Notes: generated from the letters alone by a model not told the origin. DNA of 64,000 nucleotides from Setoptus koraiensis (GCA_048013815.1 CM106585.1:17546001-17610000), one strand, 5' to 3'; numbered from the stretch's first letter, positions 14,674 through 27,945 are shown. A program made the numbers and translations.

Positions 14674-16938
14674 TTATTCTTTCTTTATCACGAAATCTAG
14701 GGATCTCACTGTTTTCTTCTTCTTCTTGCCACAAGGCGGACCGATCAACTCGACTACGTCATTGAAGTTCAGTACCTCCTTCTTTAGTAGTTCTTCGGCA
14801 AGGAGATTCAGTTTAGTCAGATTTGCACGTAACAAAGCTTCGGTTCTATGAAAAGCTTCCGCAGCTAGTTTTTGAGCTCGTTGATCGATTGTTATAGCTA
14901 GTCTTTTGCTATAGGGTGCACTACCTTTCACACCCATCCAATTAGCTTCTTGGGGTGGAAAAGATAAATGGCCGATCACAGGATCCAAACCATACTGCTT
15001 AATCTGCGCCATAGCCATATTGGTCACCGCCTGAAGATCATTAGATGCACCTGTTGAGAGATGATTGAAAACAATTAATTCCGCTGCTCTTCCTCCCAAG
15101 GCCATACACATTCTGTCGAATATTTCATCTCTAGACAACAATTTTTGTTCAGATGGCAGTGTCATTGCGAAGCCTAAAACATTCGTTGTCCTAGGTATTA
15201 TCGATACTTTCAATAAGACATCTGTGTGCTCCAAGAGCCATCCAACGAGTGCATGACCACATTCATGGAACGCTATCATTCTTTTTTCACTCTCTGTTAT
15301 TGCATTTGTGCGCTTCTCGGTGCCTCCGACTACTCTTTCAATTGCATACTCAAAATCATCTTTCATCACTACTTTTCGATCTTTTCTGGCGGCATTCAAT
15401 GCTGCCTCGTTACAAACGTTGGCTAGGTCAGCCCCACTCATTCTAGGCGTCAATTGGGCTATTCGTAAGGCATATTCAGAAGCTTGATCTTTCAATTTTA
15501 TCTTCGAGGCATGTTGAATGAAAATCTCCTTGCGTTCTTGCAGATTTGGATAATCAAGATATATATGACGATCGAAGCGGCCAGGCCTCAACAAAGCGCT
15601 GTCTAAGACATCAGCACGATTAGTGGATGCCAATAATATGACTCCCTGTCTAGTTGACATACCGTCCATTTCAACCAGCAGTTGATTCAGAGTCTGCTCC
15701 CCTTCACTATTTTGAGCGCCAGAAATTCCATCACTGCGCTTACGTCCCAAAGCGTCTATTTCGTCGATATATACTATACATGGTGATACTTTGCGGGCTC
15801 GACGAAACAGATCGCGAACTCTGGCAGCACCCACCCCACCAATCATTTCAACGAAATCTGAACCAGCGAGGGCGTAGAATGGTACATTTGCCTCAGTCGC
15901 AACAGCTTTGGCTAGAAGAGTTTTACCACAACCAGGCGGGCCTAGAAGGAGCACACCTTTTGGTAGCTTAGCACCTAATTTATGGAATCTACCAGGATTC
16001 TTTAGATAGTCGACGAATTCCATTATTTCCACTTTGGCCTCGTGCAGACCGGCAACATCTTTGAATGTAACTGCATCACTCTCTTTTTTTGCGAGTGGAT
16101 CCACCAATGTAAATTTCGCCTTAGTGAACTGACTCATAAAGCCTTGAGGACCACCTTTCATATCCATCTTGAAATCTACTTTGAATCTGGATCTAAAAAG
16201 CGCAGCTGCCGCCAAAACTAAGACTCCTATGAAAAGCAATTCTGCGAATCTCGCATAACTTCTGCTGTAGAGAATTGGCACGCCGTTTTCTTCGCTTATT
16301 CCGATGCTTTGTTCGAACTCGCGCAGTTGTGTCTCAAATTTATCTAGATCAACCACTTGCATTTGAAAAGATCTGAACGGCCAAACCTGATTGTCGATAA
16401 CCGCTCCAGGGTGCAAATTTACTTCCACAAGGTTTTCTTCGCCTCCGCTGGGATAAACAATAATACTTTCAACTTCGCCTTTAGCTAACATTCGATGACA
16501 GAGATCAATCATACTGGCAGGTACACGTGGGTTAGTTCTTGAACCTTCAGTCTGCTGAGTACTGTTGAAGATTGCATCTTGTTGAGTCTGTGCGGATAGA
16601 GACCTACTCTGGTAAATATAGAAAGCTATAACAACACCTGTCCACCAGAATGATGATATGATTAACATCTTTTTGAATTTGTCTTGAGCATCGTCGTTCT
16701 TGTTGCTTTCTTTTTCTTTGTCATTCTCCTTTGGATTTTTGTTGGAAGGGTTATCAAGGTTGCCAGATTTATTTTTTCGAAAACTCGTTATTGCTAATCC
16801 TTTATATTGAACCGAAGATGCTAGAGCTGTTTTGATATTAGATGGGTAATTCAGTAATAAAATTCGATTTGAGATGGCATGTCCACATCTGGCAAGCTGG
16901 CCAATATGCTGCAATCTATTCAAGCCTAAACGAAACAT
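14674..16938 (-). CDS. SPG7: Paraplegin, mitochondrial m-AAA metalloprotease, intronless, 754 aa
   Basis: Basic N-terminal presequence, two TM segments, Walker A GPPGCGKT, Walker [19 protein letters not shown], Zn motif [17 protein letters not shown] favours SPG7 over AFG3L2. Confidence 0.9.
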   Translation of the reverse strand: MFRLGLNRLQHIGQLARCGHAISNRILLLNYPSNIKTALASSVQYKGLAITSFRKNKSGNLDNPSNKNPKENDKEKESNKNDDAQDKFKKMLIISSFWWTGVVIAFYIYQSRSLSAQTQQDAIFNSTQQTEGSRTNPRVPASMIDLCHRMLAKGEVESIIVYPSGGEENLVEVNLHPGAVIDNQVWPFRSFQMQVVDLDKFETQLREFEQSIGISEENGVPILYSRSYARFAELLFIGVLVLAAAALFRSRFKVDFKMDMKGGPQGFMSQFTKAKFTLVDPLAKKESDAVTFKDVAGLHEAKVEIMEFVDYLKNPGRFHKLGAKLPKGVLLLGPPGCGKTLLAKAVATEANVPFYALAGSDFVEMIGGVGAARVRDLFRRARKVSPCIVYIDEIDALGRKRSDGISGAQNSEGEQTLNQLLVEMDGMSTRQGVILLASTNRADVLDSALLRPGRFDRHIYLDYPNLQERKEIFIQHASKIKLKDQASEYALRIAQLTPRMSGADLANVCNEAALNAARKDRKVVMKDDFEYAIERVVGGTEKRTNAITESEKRMIAFHECGHALVGWLLEHTDVLLKVSIIPRTTNVLGFAMTLPSEQKLLSRDEIFDRMCMALGGRAAELIVFNHLSTGASNDLQAVTNMAMAQIKQYGLDPVIGHLSFPPQEANWMGVKGSAPYSKRLAITIDQRAQKLAAEAFHRTEALLRANLTKLNLLAEELLKKEVLNFNDVVELIGPPCGKKKKKTVRSLDFVIKKE

Positions 16939-17026
16939 CCTTGGATATGTGTAGCCTAGGAGTCAGTAGCAAGACTTGGTGGCTATGAGCAACTAAAGTT
17001 GGGTAGAATGTGAGGTAATAATGAAT

Positions 17027-17137
17027 ATCGATTTCATTTTTCAATAAATGTAAACATGATTAGGATATAAACAAAAATACATATGATCTATCGGTCGTGT
17101 AGAGTGCGCGTGCGCTCGGACAGCGGGTTTATTCAAA
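17027..17137 (-). promoter_or_regulatory. 111-bp cassette upstream of SPG7, ~90% identical to 27835..27945
   Basis: Manual alignment gives 11 mismatches in 111 nt. Contains GCGCACGCGCA and ends in ATCGAT. Promoter function is inferred from position only. Confidence 0.7.
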
Positions 17138-17945
17138 CTGGAAAAGAGATAAACTGATGCACCTGAGACGCTAGATAACTGTAACTTTCCATCTAGGTGA
17201 GAAAGTTGTTTCATATCCTTTGTTTCACAAGCATAGTTTTGCCTGCTCACAGTGGGTCAAACATTAAGACATCGCATGGTGGGTAAATCCGAAGGCCGGC
17301 CGGATCAGTTGGACTCAGTTTCGATGCATCTAAAAATGTGGATGCATAAGTTTTGCATTTCTGTTATCAGTCAATCATAGATGTCAAATAGAAAAGAAAA
17401 CAACAAAGGGCCCTTAATCGTTAGTAGCAAGCGATGCTGGCCAAACATTGACATGATTTCTAATGCAGTTGTCGAGCCAGCCTATATTGAAGTCGAGTAG
17501 ACGCTGCTGTAATTCGATTACTTGTTCGCTTCTTCACGACTATGTTAAATAAAAGACATAGAATCCTTACTCCTACACTTTACGAAAAATATTCGGGATA
17601 GAAAAGTTCAATCGCTAAAGCAACCTTTCACCGTTGTTAGTGCACGTTGCATTTGAATTTGCATTTTAATTTACAATCAAACTGGATCGCTCTCCAAGAA
17701 TACGTATGGCTGCGTCATAGGTGTTCATAAATGACGTCACGGATGTCTCAATTAAAAACTCAATATTGAGCTCACACTGACATGATGAAATGTACCCAAG
17801 GAGATGAGGACACCTAGAGGGCGGTAGAACAACAGCGATAGTAGACATCAATTATGTAGTTGCCTGTGTTATAGTATATGAAGGCCGATTGTTTGCCTAC
17901 TGATGCTCTAGTTTATTCTCTCTCGAGTTGATAACAGAATGGCAA

Positions 17946-18500
17946 ATGCGCATCAATGTGCGTTGCATAATGCGAACTGAGGTCTTCGAACTAGAGGACA
18001 CCACAACCGAAACGCGCCGATGCGGTTTGTAATGGCTGGCTACGGCATAATGCATGTATTGTGCTTGATGGTAGCAAATAGAATTGCTGTTTGGGTTCAC
18101 TTTATACAATGGGTCGCGGCTCGGTTGGCCATTATTAGTTCGGCAGTGATTTCGCAGGATTGGACGCACAGAGAACAGCAACTCAAATATATTGAGAATG
18201 ATGGAGGGGAAAAACAGAGACTGGCCATCGGATGTGCGTGTGTGAGTTGCACCACAATCAACGCGCCCCCCTTGCCACCATTGCCACCTTCTTCTTTGTG
18301 TGGGCAACCTCAAGTAGTGGGCACACACAAACCCCGCATACTGGCACTGCCAGAAGCGGTGGTAAAACTTGTGGTAGTGATGGTGGTATTGGTAGTGGTT
18401 GCAGCAGCGGTGCAACTTCTTTCTTTCTTTCTGTCTCTCTCTCTCTCATTCTGCACAATCCAGTATCCAGCGGAATTATATTGTTACAAACTCACTTACG
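17946..18500 (+). repeat. Second copy of the Runx upstream block
   Basis: Colinear with 12172..12800. Confidence 0.9.
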
Positions 18501-18650
18501 GATAGAAACACACTGCACGGCTACTCACTATCGCAACACCAGCAAACAGAATGTAGTGTATTATTATAATCACTATTATTTATAAATTAATCGCTCCCAA
18601 CGCCATTATCCATTTCACTACTGGGCGCACACAATATAACTGCTGGCTGA

Positions 18651-19361
<711 letters not shown>

Positions 19362-19665
19362 CAGCTCACACTTTGGTAATTTGGCACCTAATTTAGATAT
19401 GAAAAAAATATATATATATAATAATAATAATATACAATTCATATACCAGATAAATGCTAAGCAACACTGCCGCTAACACTTACTCTTGCTTGTTGTTGTT
19501 ATGGTTAATCCTTGGTTTCACCACTTCACCCAAGTTTCCATCGAGTGGCTGTACCCACCTAACGAATTTCTAACAGACGTGGTACATGTGGTTGACATCC
19601 ATTTCTAATGATTGTAAGCTGGATAGATTAGTTCGCTCCTGGAAAATACTATTGAGCACTGCAAA

Positions 19666-21065
19666 TCACATATGTGGTTTCACACCAATATCTAAATATT
19701 CTTGAACTAGTTCGGATACTTTAACGGGAACAAGGCTAAAAAAATTGAAGGTAGAGGACGAAAAAAGAACCAGTTGAAATGTCGTTTGTAAAGTTATATA
19801 GATGGCAAGAAGCCACCTCAGCTTAGTTTTTAGGCTACTTCGCTCACCTTGATAGTCTATGTAGATATAGTGTCGTTTTGGGTATAAACACCATCCTCTT
19901 TCCTTCCAAAACTGAATCGACAATGACTTGAGCTGTTTTCTCTGGTTTGAGCACCGGCACTAGCCAGCTCAATCTAACGATTATAAGGGTTTTTTTAAAC
20001 ATTGAATGATTAATTGTGTCAGTATAATTATGTAGATTGCCGATTAGAAAGCCGAACATACCTTGAGGTGAAATTATGGAACATTCCTGTGTCCATACTT
20101 CCGGGACATATTGTTGTGAGATGGATGTTTTTATTTCTGCCTCCACCGAAGTGTAACTCTTTATCCAATGCATCCATGAGTCCGACAACGGCGAATTTTG
20201 AAGCACTTGTTCATCAGTGGTAGAAAATTATGAATAGATTCTATCATGAATTAATGCACTCTATTAAAGAATCATTTTTGAGAGAACAAAAGATATGATA
20301 ACCTACCAATAATCAGTCAGATATTTGTTTCCGATGATACCAGCGATAGATGCTATAGCAACTATATGACCCCTGCCTTTTTTCATCATCTGAGGTAGGA
20401 ATTTTTGTATTGTCCAAATATGAGCCATTGTATTGACCTGGAAAGTTCTCTCGACCAGTTCGGGTGATAGTTCCAAGATTGGCAAACATTGGACAACTCC
20501 TGCATTGTTCACTAGAATATCTATATCATCATTCTGAAATTCCGATTCGATAAACATAGTGTATTTAGGAATATATTGATAGGTCGACATATTTGAAACA
20601 CAATTCTACAAGTCTATGAGCTTACCAGGTCTCTTTCGATCATGTTCGCTAGTTCATCCACATTCTTTTCTCGTCGCACATCAACTACATAGCTCAGAAC
20701 TTTGATATTATTATTCTCTTGTTGCATAATTTCCTCTTTGACAAGTGCATTATTTTTCTTGTAGTACAGATGAATCAGAACTATATTGGTTAGAAGAAAT
20801 AGTGGGTCGATTAACTTAGAAAGCATTCAACAAGTCTTCTTACCTCATTTATATCCACCAATATCAAATTGGCACCTTTAGATGCGAATTTCAATGCCAT
20901 TTCTCTACCTAATCCATGACCGGCTCCTGTAATTAGAACATTGCGACCAGTAATATCCTCCTTCGGATTGGGTGTTAATAAACTTTTCAATGCTTTAAAA
21001 TAAGCAATCAAAATGTTTATTGTTAATACAATGAACAATCTGATTGATTCCATCGTCTTTGCCAT
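19666..21065 (-). CDS. Short-chain dehydrogenase/reductase, SDR16C-like (retinol dehydrogenase / RDH10 / DHRS3 type), 6 exons
   Basis: N-terminal hydrophobic anchor, TGAGHGLG, ILVNNAG, spliced active site TDY-C-ASK (YxxxK), TTICPG, five GT-AG introns, ends ...DIGVKPHM*. Confidence 0.92.
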
Positions 21066-21229
21066 GATGTGATTGGGTAATGATTTTTATTTAAATCTGG
21101 CAATTATTATCTTCATGAAGTGATTTTCCTTTCCTATCAACCGTTACTATCAACCGTTATTCTCATCGCCGAAAGTAGGCCATCACCTGCACTCGGGATG
21201 CACCATCCACAAGGTGGAGATGCTGAATT

Positions 21230-21630
21230 CGATGGACTTTCTTCGCATTCATACTGATGGACATCGCACTAGCAACAGTATCCATAACAAGTTTAAGTAC
21301 ACCTGTTTCAGTATAGAAAGGCATCAAAGTTGTTATCAATGGACACAAGTGCACATACTCGTAGACTGCATCATTGAGTTCTCGAAGAAGCTCCTAGAGA
21401 GTCTGGATCCGAACAATATTTATATGTTTGCGCTCAAATAAAACAATTTATCCAGCAGAAAAGGCACCCTCGCTTTGTTTGATCATCTCAGCCGAACAAT
21501 CTTTCCGCACTTTATTCTGCATTAGAGTAAATGATTGGATACCAACTTCCAATGCGCAACATTACAGGAACATTATGGATTTAGTTCAACTGATGGGCTG
21601 TTTAGATTCGCAGAGATGCAATATGAGGTA
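21230..21630 (+). mobile_element. Possible highly degenerate Ty3/gypsy gag-protease relic
   Basis: With frameshifts: a knuckle-like LRIHTDGHRTSNS followed by IKVVINGHK/VHILVD/xASLS, resembling a retropepsin N-terminus. The catalytic D(S/T)G is not intact. Confidence 0.25.
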
Positions 21631-22918
21631 ACATAATAGAAGCAATTGTATAGGAACCATCAAGAGGAGAATGCCTTATGCAATTGTAGTTTATTTAGAG
21701 AAATTCAATATTATTGAGCTTATTCGCAGTTCCAAAATAAGTTCTCACATCAATTTGAACCACTTGTGCTGTCGAGCTAGGTAGAAATACCTAGGTATAC
21801 CTGTTGCACGTAACCAATCTGAGCATTTCATTGAATAAACTCACAATAAAGATGTTTGAACGATTGTTGGAAACGAACGTGTCTAGTTTCTTTACTCGCC
21901 TAAATGAATGTCCTGCACTAGTTCTGATATAGTCAATAGTTTCAGAATATGTGCTCATTGGAGTTTTTCGCTGTGCTGTCTGATTAATCTGCTGAGTAAG
22001 AATTCGTTTTCGTCTTTGTATCAAATTTGTCTGATTTGCTTGACAAAGTGGCTCTACAAACCTACAATTGATTGCTCACTTCAGATTCAATTTCGATTCG
22101 TTTCACCCTGACACCATCATTGACCAATGCTCCGGTCAGTTCATGGGTTGTCTCAGCAGCGGTCAAATATATAGTGACTATTGTGATTTAAACTCCGTCT
22201 TATTGTATTACTTTTTGTATTTGCGCTTCCTTTCTCGCACATATGGTTGTCTATTCTCTCTTTCTCGTCACAGCTATTCGTACCAGAGAAAACGGCATCA
22301 TTTGATGGTCTATTTTATGTTTCCAGTGAGCCAAAGAAGTTTTGGCAAAAGAGGCTTTAGAGAATTCTCACTTCGAGATAGCTGTATGGGTTGCCAAGGA
22401 CGGGTTAGCACATAGGCTAGACGTCAAGTCTAGTATGACAAGGGGCCTGCTCTGCTTCGTTCGGGAGAGAAAGCTGCGAGGAAACTTGGGAACAAGGTGA
22501 GAGATTCATCGTTGTTGTGAGACATTCACGCCTAACCGACATACACAATCGTGAAGAAAAGAAGATTGGATTGGTATTTACTTTGTTTTAGCGCGCAAAT
22601 AATGATGGCTGGTGGAAATGGCGACTCAGCAGCAACACCAGGTCTTAGGCTACTGAATTCAACGAAATCAAGTAGTCTCAGAAAGTGACTAAATTGTGTC
22701 ATTTGAGCAATTATTTTACGCACGCCACAAATAACCTATTGCAAATGGCTATTGGTCGGCTATTGATCGCAGTTTAACACTGACTGTAAATATTACTCAA
22801 ACATTCAATTCGAGGATCGAGAAATCCGGGAAGTGTGTAAGGAAATCCTCTTCGACGTGGACAGGAGATAAAACAGGACGGCAACGGAGTGTGCTTTTTG
22901 TCATTGACAAAATTATCG

Positions 22919-23155
22919 CCAGAGAAAATAGCTCAAGTCATAGTCGAGTAAGTTTTGGGAGGAAAGAGGATGGCGTTTAAACCCAAAATGACACTATTTT
23001 TACATAGAAATTCAACGTAAGCAGAATAATATAGTAATATTAAAACTCTCATATATTTATGATACTGATGATTTGAACAATCTACCGCCTCTGTTTTGGT
23101 AAATCAGTGATCTCCTCCCATGTAGAGTGTCGTTATGCCACTTTAGACATTGGAA
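22919..23155 (+). pseudogene. Inverted pseudogene fragment of SDR exon 5, with traces of exon 6
   Basis: PEKIAQVIVE*VLGGKRMAFKPKMTLFLHRNS followed by donor gtaagc, versus the functional PEKTAQVIVDSVLEGKRMVFIPKTTLYLHRLS-gtgagc. In-frame TAA. Downstream tttagacattgg echoes exon 6 tttagatattgg. Confidence 0.85.
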
Positions 23156-23464
23156 AAAACTAATGCCCATCCCCAAATCTAACTTGCATTATTTGTGCGC
23201 ATCTTGTACTTCGGATGTGCATGAGAAAACGCTCGAATTTTCACAACATCTCTCTGAGTTAAATTTGACGTGCGCGAATAAAGCGCAAATTCAATTTGGG
23301 GGTAGGCATTAGTTTTTTCCAATGTCTAAATTCTTGATCACACGGTGTGCCCCACATAACGACACTTTGCATGGGAAATGAGCTCATACTGATTAACAAA
23401 AACAGAAGCGCCTGACTATTCAAATTATCATCATCATCAACACATAAACTATATTAACAATATC

Positions 23465-23674
23465 ATGGATTCGCAGCTCACAAGAGAAGGACGTATAATT
23501 TTGTTAAATGATCACGCTTGGACATTCGACATATTGAATTTGTCACATGAAGATGTCTCAGTGCCCGTACACGATCTGCCCGATCCAGAGCCAGAGAATG
23601 GTGCCAGCCAGGAGACATTAAAACAGCAAGAACAAAAATGGACTGATCTGGGACTAAGCAGGGATCAACCATAA
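23465..23674 (+). CDS. ANAPC13: Anaphase-promoting complex subunit 13, 69 aa
   Basis: MDSQLTREGRIILLNDHAW...EDVSVPVHDLPDPEPENG...LKQQEQKWTDLGL parallels metazoan APC13 (MDSEVQRDGRILDLIDDAW...EDVAIPLNELPEPEQDNG...KWTDLAL, recalled from memory). Confidence 0.9.
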   Translation: MDSQLTREGRIILLNDHAWTFDILNLSHEDVSVPVHDLPDPEPENGASQETLKQQEQKWTDLGLSRDQP

Positions 23675-23767
23675 CAAGAACAAGCGGCGCTACTACTACA
23701 ACAACTATTGAAGCTCGTTAAGGAGGTGCTACTTCGAAAAGCATTAATTTATTTTTTCAATGGACAT

Positions 23768-25491
23768 CTAATCAAAAAATTTCGGCCACGGTGCTGGTTC
23801 TGGACGTCTTGGTGGTTTCACCATCAAGCCCAGCATACGTCCCTCCTTTGACCTTTTAAATATATGCTCCCATAGCGGAACCCTGCGTAGATCACTGTGG
23901 AAACCTTGATGTCTATTCTCATAGTAATGTTTCAGCAGTTTTCTATCCTCCAATCTCTTCGCTTCATCTCTCGTATCAATTGACAAGTATGGTCTGAGGT
24001 TTACTCCGGAAATACCTAAAGGCTTATTTATGATAAACTGAGATTATAAAATATATTAGACTACGTTATTGAATATGTTAATAATGTATTGAATGGTAGT
24101 TCCAAATTCTGGGAACTACAGTCGATACTAACCCTGATTAAATACTTCAAGACATCCTCGTTGATATCAATGAATTGACCGTCCGTACGTGACTTGTATA
24201 GAGGCATCGAGCCTGATGACCAACAAATGTTATTAATTGTACGTTTTTTCCCAAAATCACGGTGAAATGTGTGGGTATTCATTTGATAAACATGAAAGGC
24301 CCAGGTTGATCCATTCGTTGTGACAACCTGACATGTTAAAGGGTATGTCAACTCTTGGTAAGGCGTGAAACCGTGATATGCTGCAATCGAATTCAACCAT
24401 CCAAATGCCGTCATTATTGCCTGACTATCAACATGATTGTTAATTTCACTTTCCGAGCTCACGTAATCTTTCAAGGGAGGGGAATTGAGAAAGTCCATAC
24501 TCAAAAATGTGGTATGAGGACTGTCATGTTTGGGTTCATTCTCAAACCAAAAACCAGGCATGGCAGCTGGGTGTCTCCATCTATATTGAACCGCATATGA
24601 CTTTAGACTTGTGTCTTGTTTTGGTATTGCGTCAGGATCATTCGCTAAAGGATCGTCATGTGGTGCGATTGGTTCTAACATCGTGTCATATCTTATGTTC
24701 ATAGAGTTTTGGTATTTCATTTGAATCATTGTGTTGATATGACCTTCTTCATCTTTACTTCTTTCATAATAAAGTTTTCGTCTTGGCTCAGAAAATCCTG
24801 AGTGCCACCACCATGATTTAATAGTAGGATCGAGATCTAAATTGGCTGTGCTTATGAATTGATTATCAATGACAAGGATTCTCCTCAACGAACTAATTAT
24901 TCCTTGTATCAACTTAGATGACTTATAAGTACTCATCATATCGGCTCCTGTCTCTCTCAGATGTATAGGTATATAAAAACTTGGTGATCTGTAAGCGCCG
25001 AATTGGTTGATATCGATATTATCAAGAACAACTTTTTTTGCCATACTAAGCAGATTTGGATCGATGTTGACCTCCTTATACTTTTGTGGCAGTCCGTAGC
25101 AAATATTAGTATTGGTCAAGTACTGAGCCGTAGGTAAAGGACTGTAGCCAATTAATCTATTAGTCGTTTCGGCACAATAATGACGACAATGCCTAGCTAT
25201 CTCTAGCAGCTTCTGATCAGCAGTAGGTATTTGTTTGAGGCTCTCATACCAATCGAGCCGAACTTGTCTCTTTAAACCATTGCGTGAGCCGTCATTCAAT
25301 GGTGGATACTCGGCTTCTTCTGCCCACTCTTCCACTTCTTTAGGTGGATAAATTGTCAAGGTCGGTTTGCCGATAACTTTCCACCACGGCTTAATTCGTC
25401 GCGGCGGTGCATTTTGACGAAGCCCTTCCGGCATGTAGCCTCTGTAGACATTGGTTGCTAGTTTACTGGCCTTCTTTGCCTTACTTGCCAT
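23768..25491 (-). CDS. MRPS30: Mitochondrial ribosomal protein mL65/MRPS30 (PDCD9 family). Exons 25491..24133 and 24037..23768.
   Basis: EYPP, ELTYPLTCQVVTTNG, FHVYQMNT and NICW motifs. A GT-AG intron 24038..24132 joins LIR-FIINKPLGISGVNLRPYL to the 23768..23986 ORF. Confidence 0.8.
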
Positions 25492-26182
25492 CTTTAGATG
25501 TTAGATGAATAATTGACAACAATTTAACGGAGATCACCCAAGTGCGATTGCAGTCAACATGTGATGCACGGTCACGTTTTCCATGTGTTTTCACTTGTTT
25601 TTTCGATTCACCACAATTGAATCTAGTTTATATGGATAGCGGGAGAATTTGAAAAACTCACTTTTGATCGAGTGAACAGCAATATGTACTGTAGATTAAC
25701 TGTTACTTGCTCGGACTGCATTCAAAATCCAAGCGCGCCGCCCTGGCGGAATAAAATTGAACTTTGCAAAAGGAGATTAGGAAAAGCGCACACGGTACAT
25801 GTAGCGTACAGAGATGAATTACTTTGCTCCCTCTATAGTTGAAAAAAAGAAACATATACGGGCTGAGCTGATTGGTGTGCCGATCATTGAAACTAGCGCG
25901 AAGTTGGTGCAGATTTCGAACAAAAGTGAACCTTTTTTATTACTTCTCCATTATGTACGTGTGTGAATGCGTGCGTGTGCGTGCATGACTATGCATGATA
26001 AGAGTTGAATGCTATGTACCATACAATGGAGCATAACGACACTCTGCATGGGAAAAGAAAAGGCTCTTACTGATTTACGAAAGCAGAAGTGGTCGATTAT
26101 TCAAATTATCAATATCATCAATATCTAAGAATTTTATTATTATTATCATAATCAATTTTCCCTGCTATTATTGTATTACTTG

Positions 26183-27763
26183 ATGCCTTGTCAATCCTCA
26201 ATCAACAAAATGAACAAATTCGAATCAGAATATCACGATCATGAGACGAACGACACATGGCACGATTTATTTATGGACATTAACGAATCATCCGCTTATC
26301 ATAGCAAAGATGAAGCGTTAAAAGAAGAAAATTCCAACCTAAATCGATATATTAATGTGGCCCCATATGATCAGAGTCGCATTAAACTCTCGCGTACTCC
26401 TCAAGATTACATTAATGCGAGCTTAATCAAAGTGCCTCAAGCTAAGAGAAGTTATATCCTCACCCAAGGACCTTTAGCCAACACGGTAGCTCATTTTTGG
26501 GTTATGGTATGGGAACAGGATTCGCGTGCCATCATCATGCTCAATAAATTGATAGAGAAATCAACACCGAAATGTGAATTTTATTGGCCAGAGGGGAAAG
26601 GTGATAAAGCCATACTTAATTTGAATGATGTTAAGCTTACAGTCAAATTTGTGTCATCGCACAAACGTAGAAAAAATTTCGTAGTGCGCGAATTCCTACT
26701 TACTGACCATGTCACAAATCAATCAAGAACTGTAATACAATTTCATTATACTGAATGGCCCGATTTTGGTCAGCCCGCTTCTCCCGTGTCCTTCCTGAAA
26801 TTGTTAGCCGCTGTTAGAAGTTCTGGAGCTTTGGATCATCATGGCCCGCCGGTAGTTCATTGTTCAGCTGGCATAGGTCGATCTGGAACCTTCTGTCTCA
26901 TAGACAGTGTACTCTGTATAGCTGAGAATGCAAGATCGACTAAAGGTATTATTATAAAAGACATCCTTCTCGAGATGAGAAAGCACAGGGCTGGACTAAT
27001 ACAGACTTCGGAACAATTACGTTTTTCCTACATGGCCATTATATATGCCACCAAATTGCTTAATCTTGAATCCGAAAAATCTTCCACTTCGAAGCATGAC
27101 CTGCAAAAGAAGGTCCCTAGCTATCCCGAAGGCACTAACAATGGTTCCGGCACAACCAACAAATCAACAAAGCGACCTAAAGCACCCGTCGACGAGCCAC
27201 AAAGTTTGATAGAAGCCTTGGAATTTATAGATAGTGATGACGATGACTTCAAACTATCTGATGATCCTGCTCGAATTGAGCCACCACAGGTTAAGATAGC
27301 CAAGCAATCAACAACACTCGTCTTGACAAATCACGGTTTGCGTTCTTCGCCTCCATCAGATGTGCTAACCAAGACGACTACACCTGCCACTCTAACCATA
27401 ACCAAGCCCGAAACGAAATCTTCATCAAATCTTGCCCTAGAAAATAACGTCCTCGGCCAAAATCCTCTACCAAGTCCAGGCCAACTTTTGAATCAGCCTC
27501 TTCTAGGTCAGAAATCGTGTTCCGATGATTCTCCTTCAGGTACGAATATACTGCAAAGAAGGAGAGATAGAGAATTACGTAATCAAAGATTAGCCGAGAG
27601 AACAAGAAACATCAGAGAGAACATGAGGAGTAATGAGGGTCGTGTTGAAGAGCGTGCTAGAAAGTTGAGATTTTTAAAAAAAGCTAGTGTGACGTGTGGG
27701 ATCGCTGTAGTAGTTTTTGGTTCGGCGATATATCTATACTACAAAAGCTATTTTTCTAACTGA
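26183..27763 (+). CDS. Non-receptor tyrosine phosphatase, PTP1B/TC-PTP/PTP61F-like, intronless. Start at ATG 26183 or 26210.
   Basis: NRY, DYINAS, YILTQGPL, WPDFG, VHCSAGIGRSG, QT..QLRF, and a C-terminal hydrophobic tail anchor. Confidence 0.93.
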   Translation: MPCQSSINKMNKFESEYHDHETNDTWHDLFMDINESSAYHSKDEALKEENSNLNRYINVAPYDQSRIKLSRTPQDYINASLIKVPQAKRSYILTQGPLANTVAHFWVMVWEQDSRAIIMLNKLIEKSTPKCEFYWPEGKGDKAILNLNDVKLTVKFVSSHKRRKNFVVREFLLTDHVTNQSRTVIQFHYTEWPDFGQPASPVSFLKLLAAVRSSGALDHHGPPVVHCSAGIGRSGTFCLIDSVLCIAENARSTKGIIIKDILLEMRKHRAGLIQTSEQLRFSYMAIIYATKLLNLESEKSSTSKHDLQKKVPSYPEGTNNGSGTTNKSTKRPKAPVDEPQSLIEALEFIDSDDDDFKLSDDPARIEPPQVKIAKQSTTLVLTNHGLRSSPPSDVLTKTTTPATLTITKPETKSSSNLALENNVLGQNPLPSPGQLLNQPLLGQKSCSDDSPSGTNILQRRRDRELRNQRLAERTRNIRENMRSNEGRVEERARKLRFLKKASVTCGIAVVVFGSAIYLYYKSYFSN

Positions 27764-27834
27764 ATTATCACAGTCCAAAGTTATTTATTGAGTTAAAGAT
27801 CTATTAGACAAAGGGATTAAGTGTGTTTCCCAAA

Positions 27835-27945
27835 TTTAAATAAACGCGCTGTCCAGGCGCACGCGCACTCTACACGACCTATAGATCATATGTATTTTTG
27901 TTTATATTCTAATCGTGTTTATATTCATTGGAAAATGACATCGAT
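27835..27945 (+). promoter_or_regulatory. 111-bp cassette between the PTP stop and Vta1, paralogous to 17027..17137
   Basis: See the alignment noted for 17027..17137. Confidence 0.7.

Noticed and set aside
17600-17645. Minus-strand TNNGERLL, resembling a LINE/RTE endonuclease motif
   Set aside because: Only about 8 residues followed by a stop, with no supporting flanking motifs.
25733-25750. GCGCCGCCCTGGCGG, CTCF-like on the reverse strand, in the MRPS30/PTP divergent promoter
   Set aside because: Spacing is one base off the consensus and it is a single instance.
26335-26375. PTP pTyr-loop reads NRYINV instead of PTP1B NRYRDV
   Set aside because: Asn at this position is common in active classical PTPs, and the catalytic motifs are intact.
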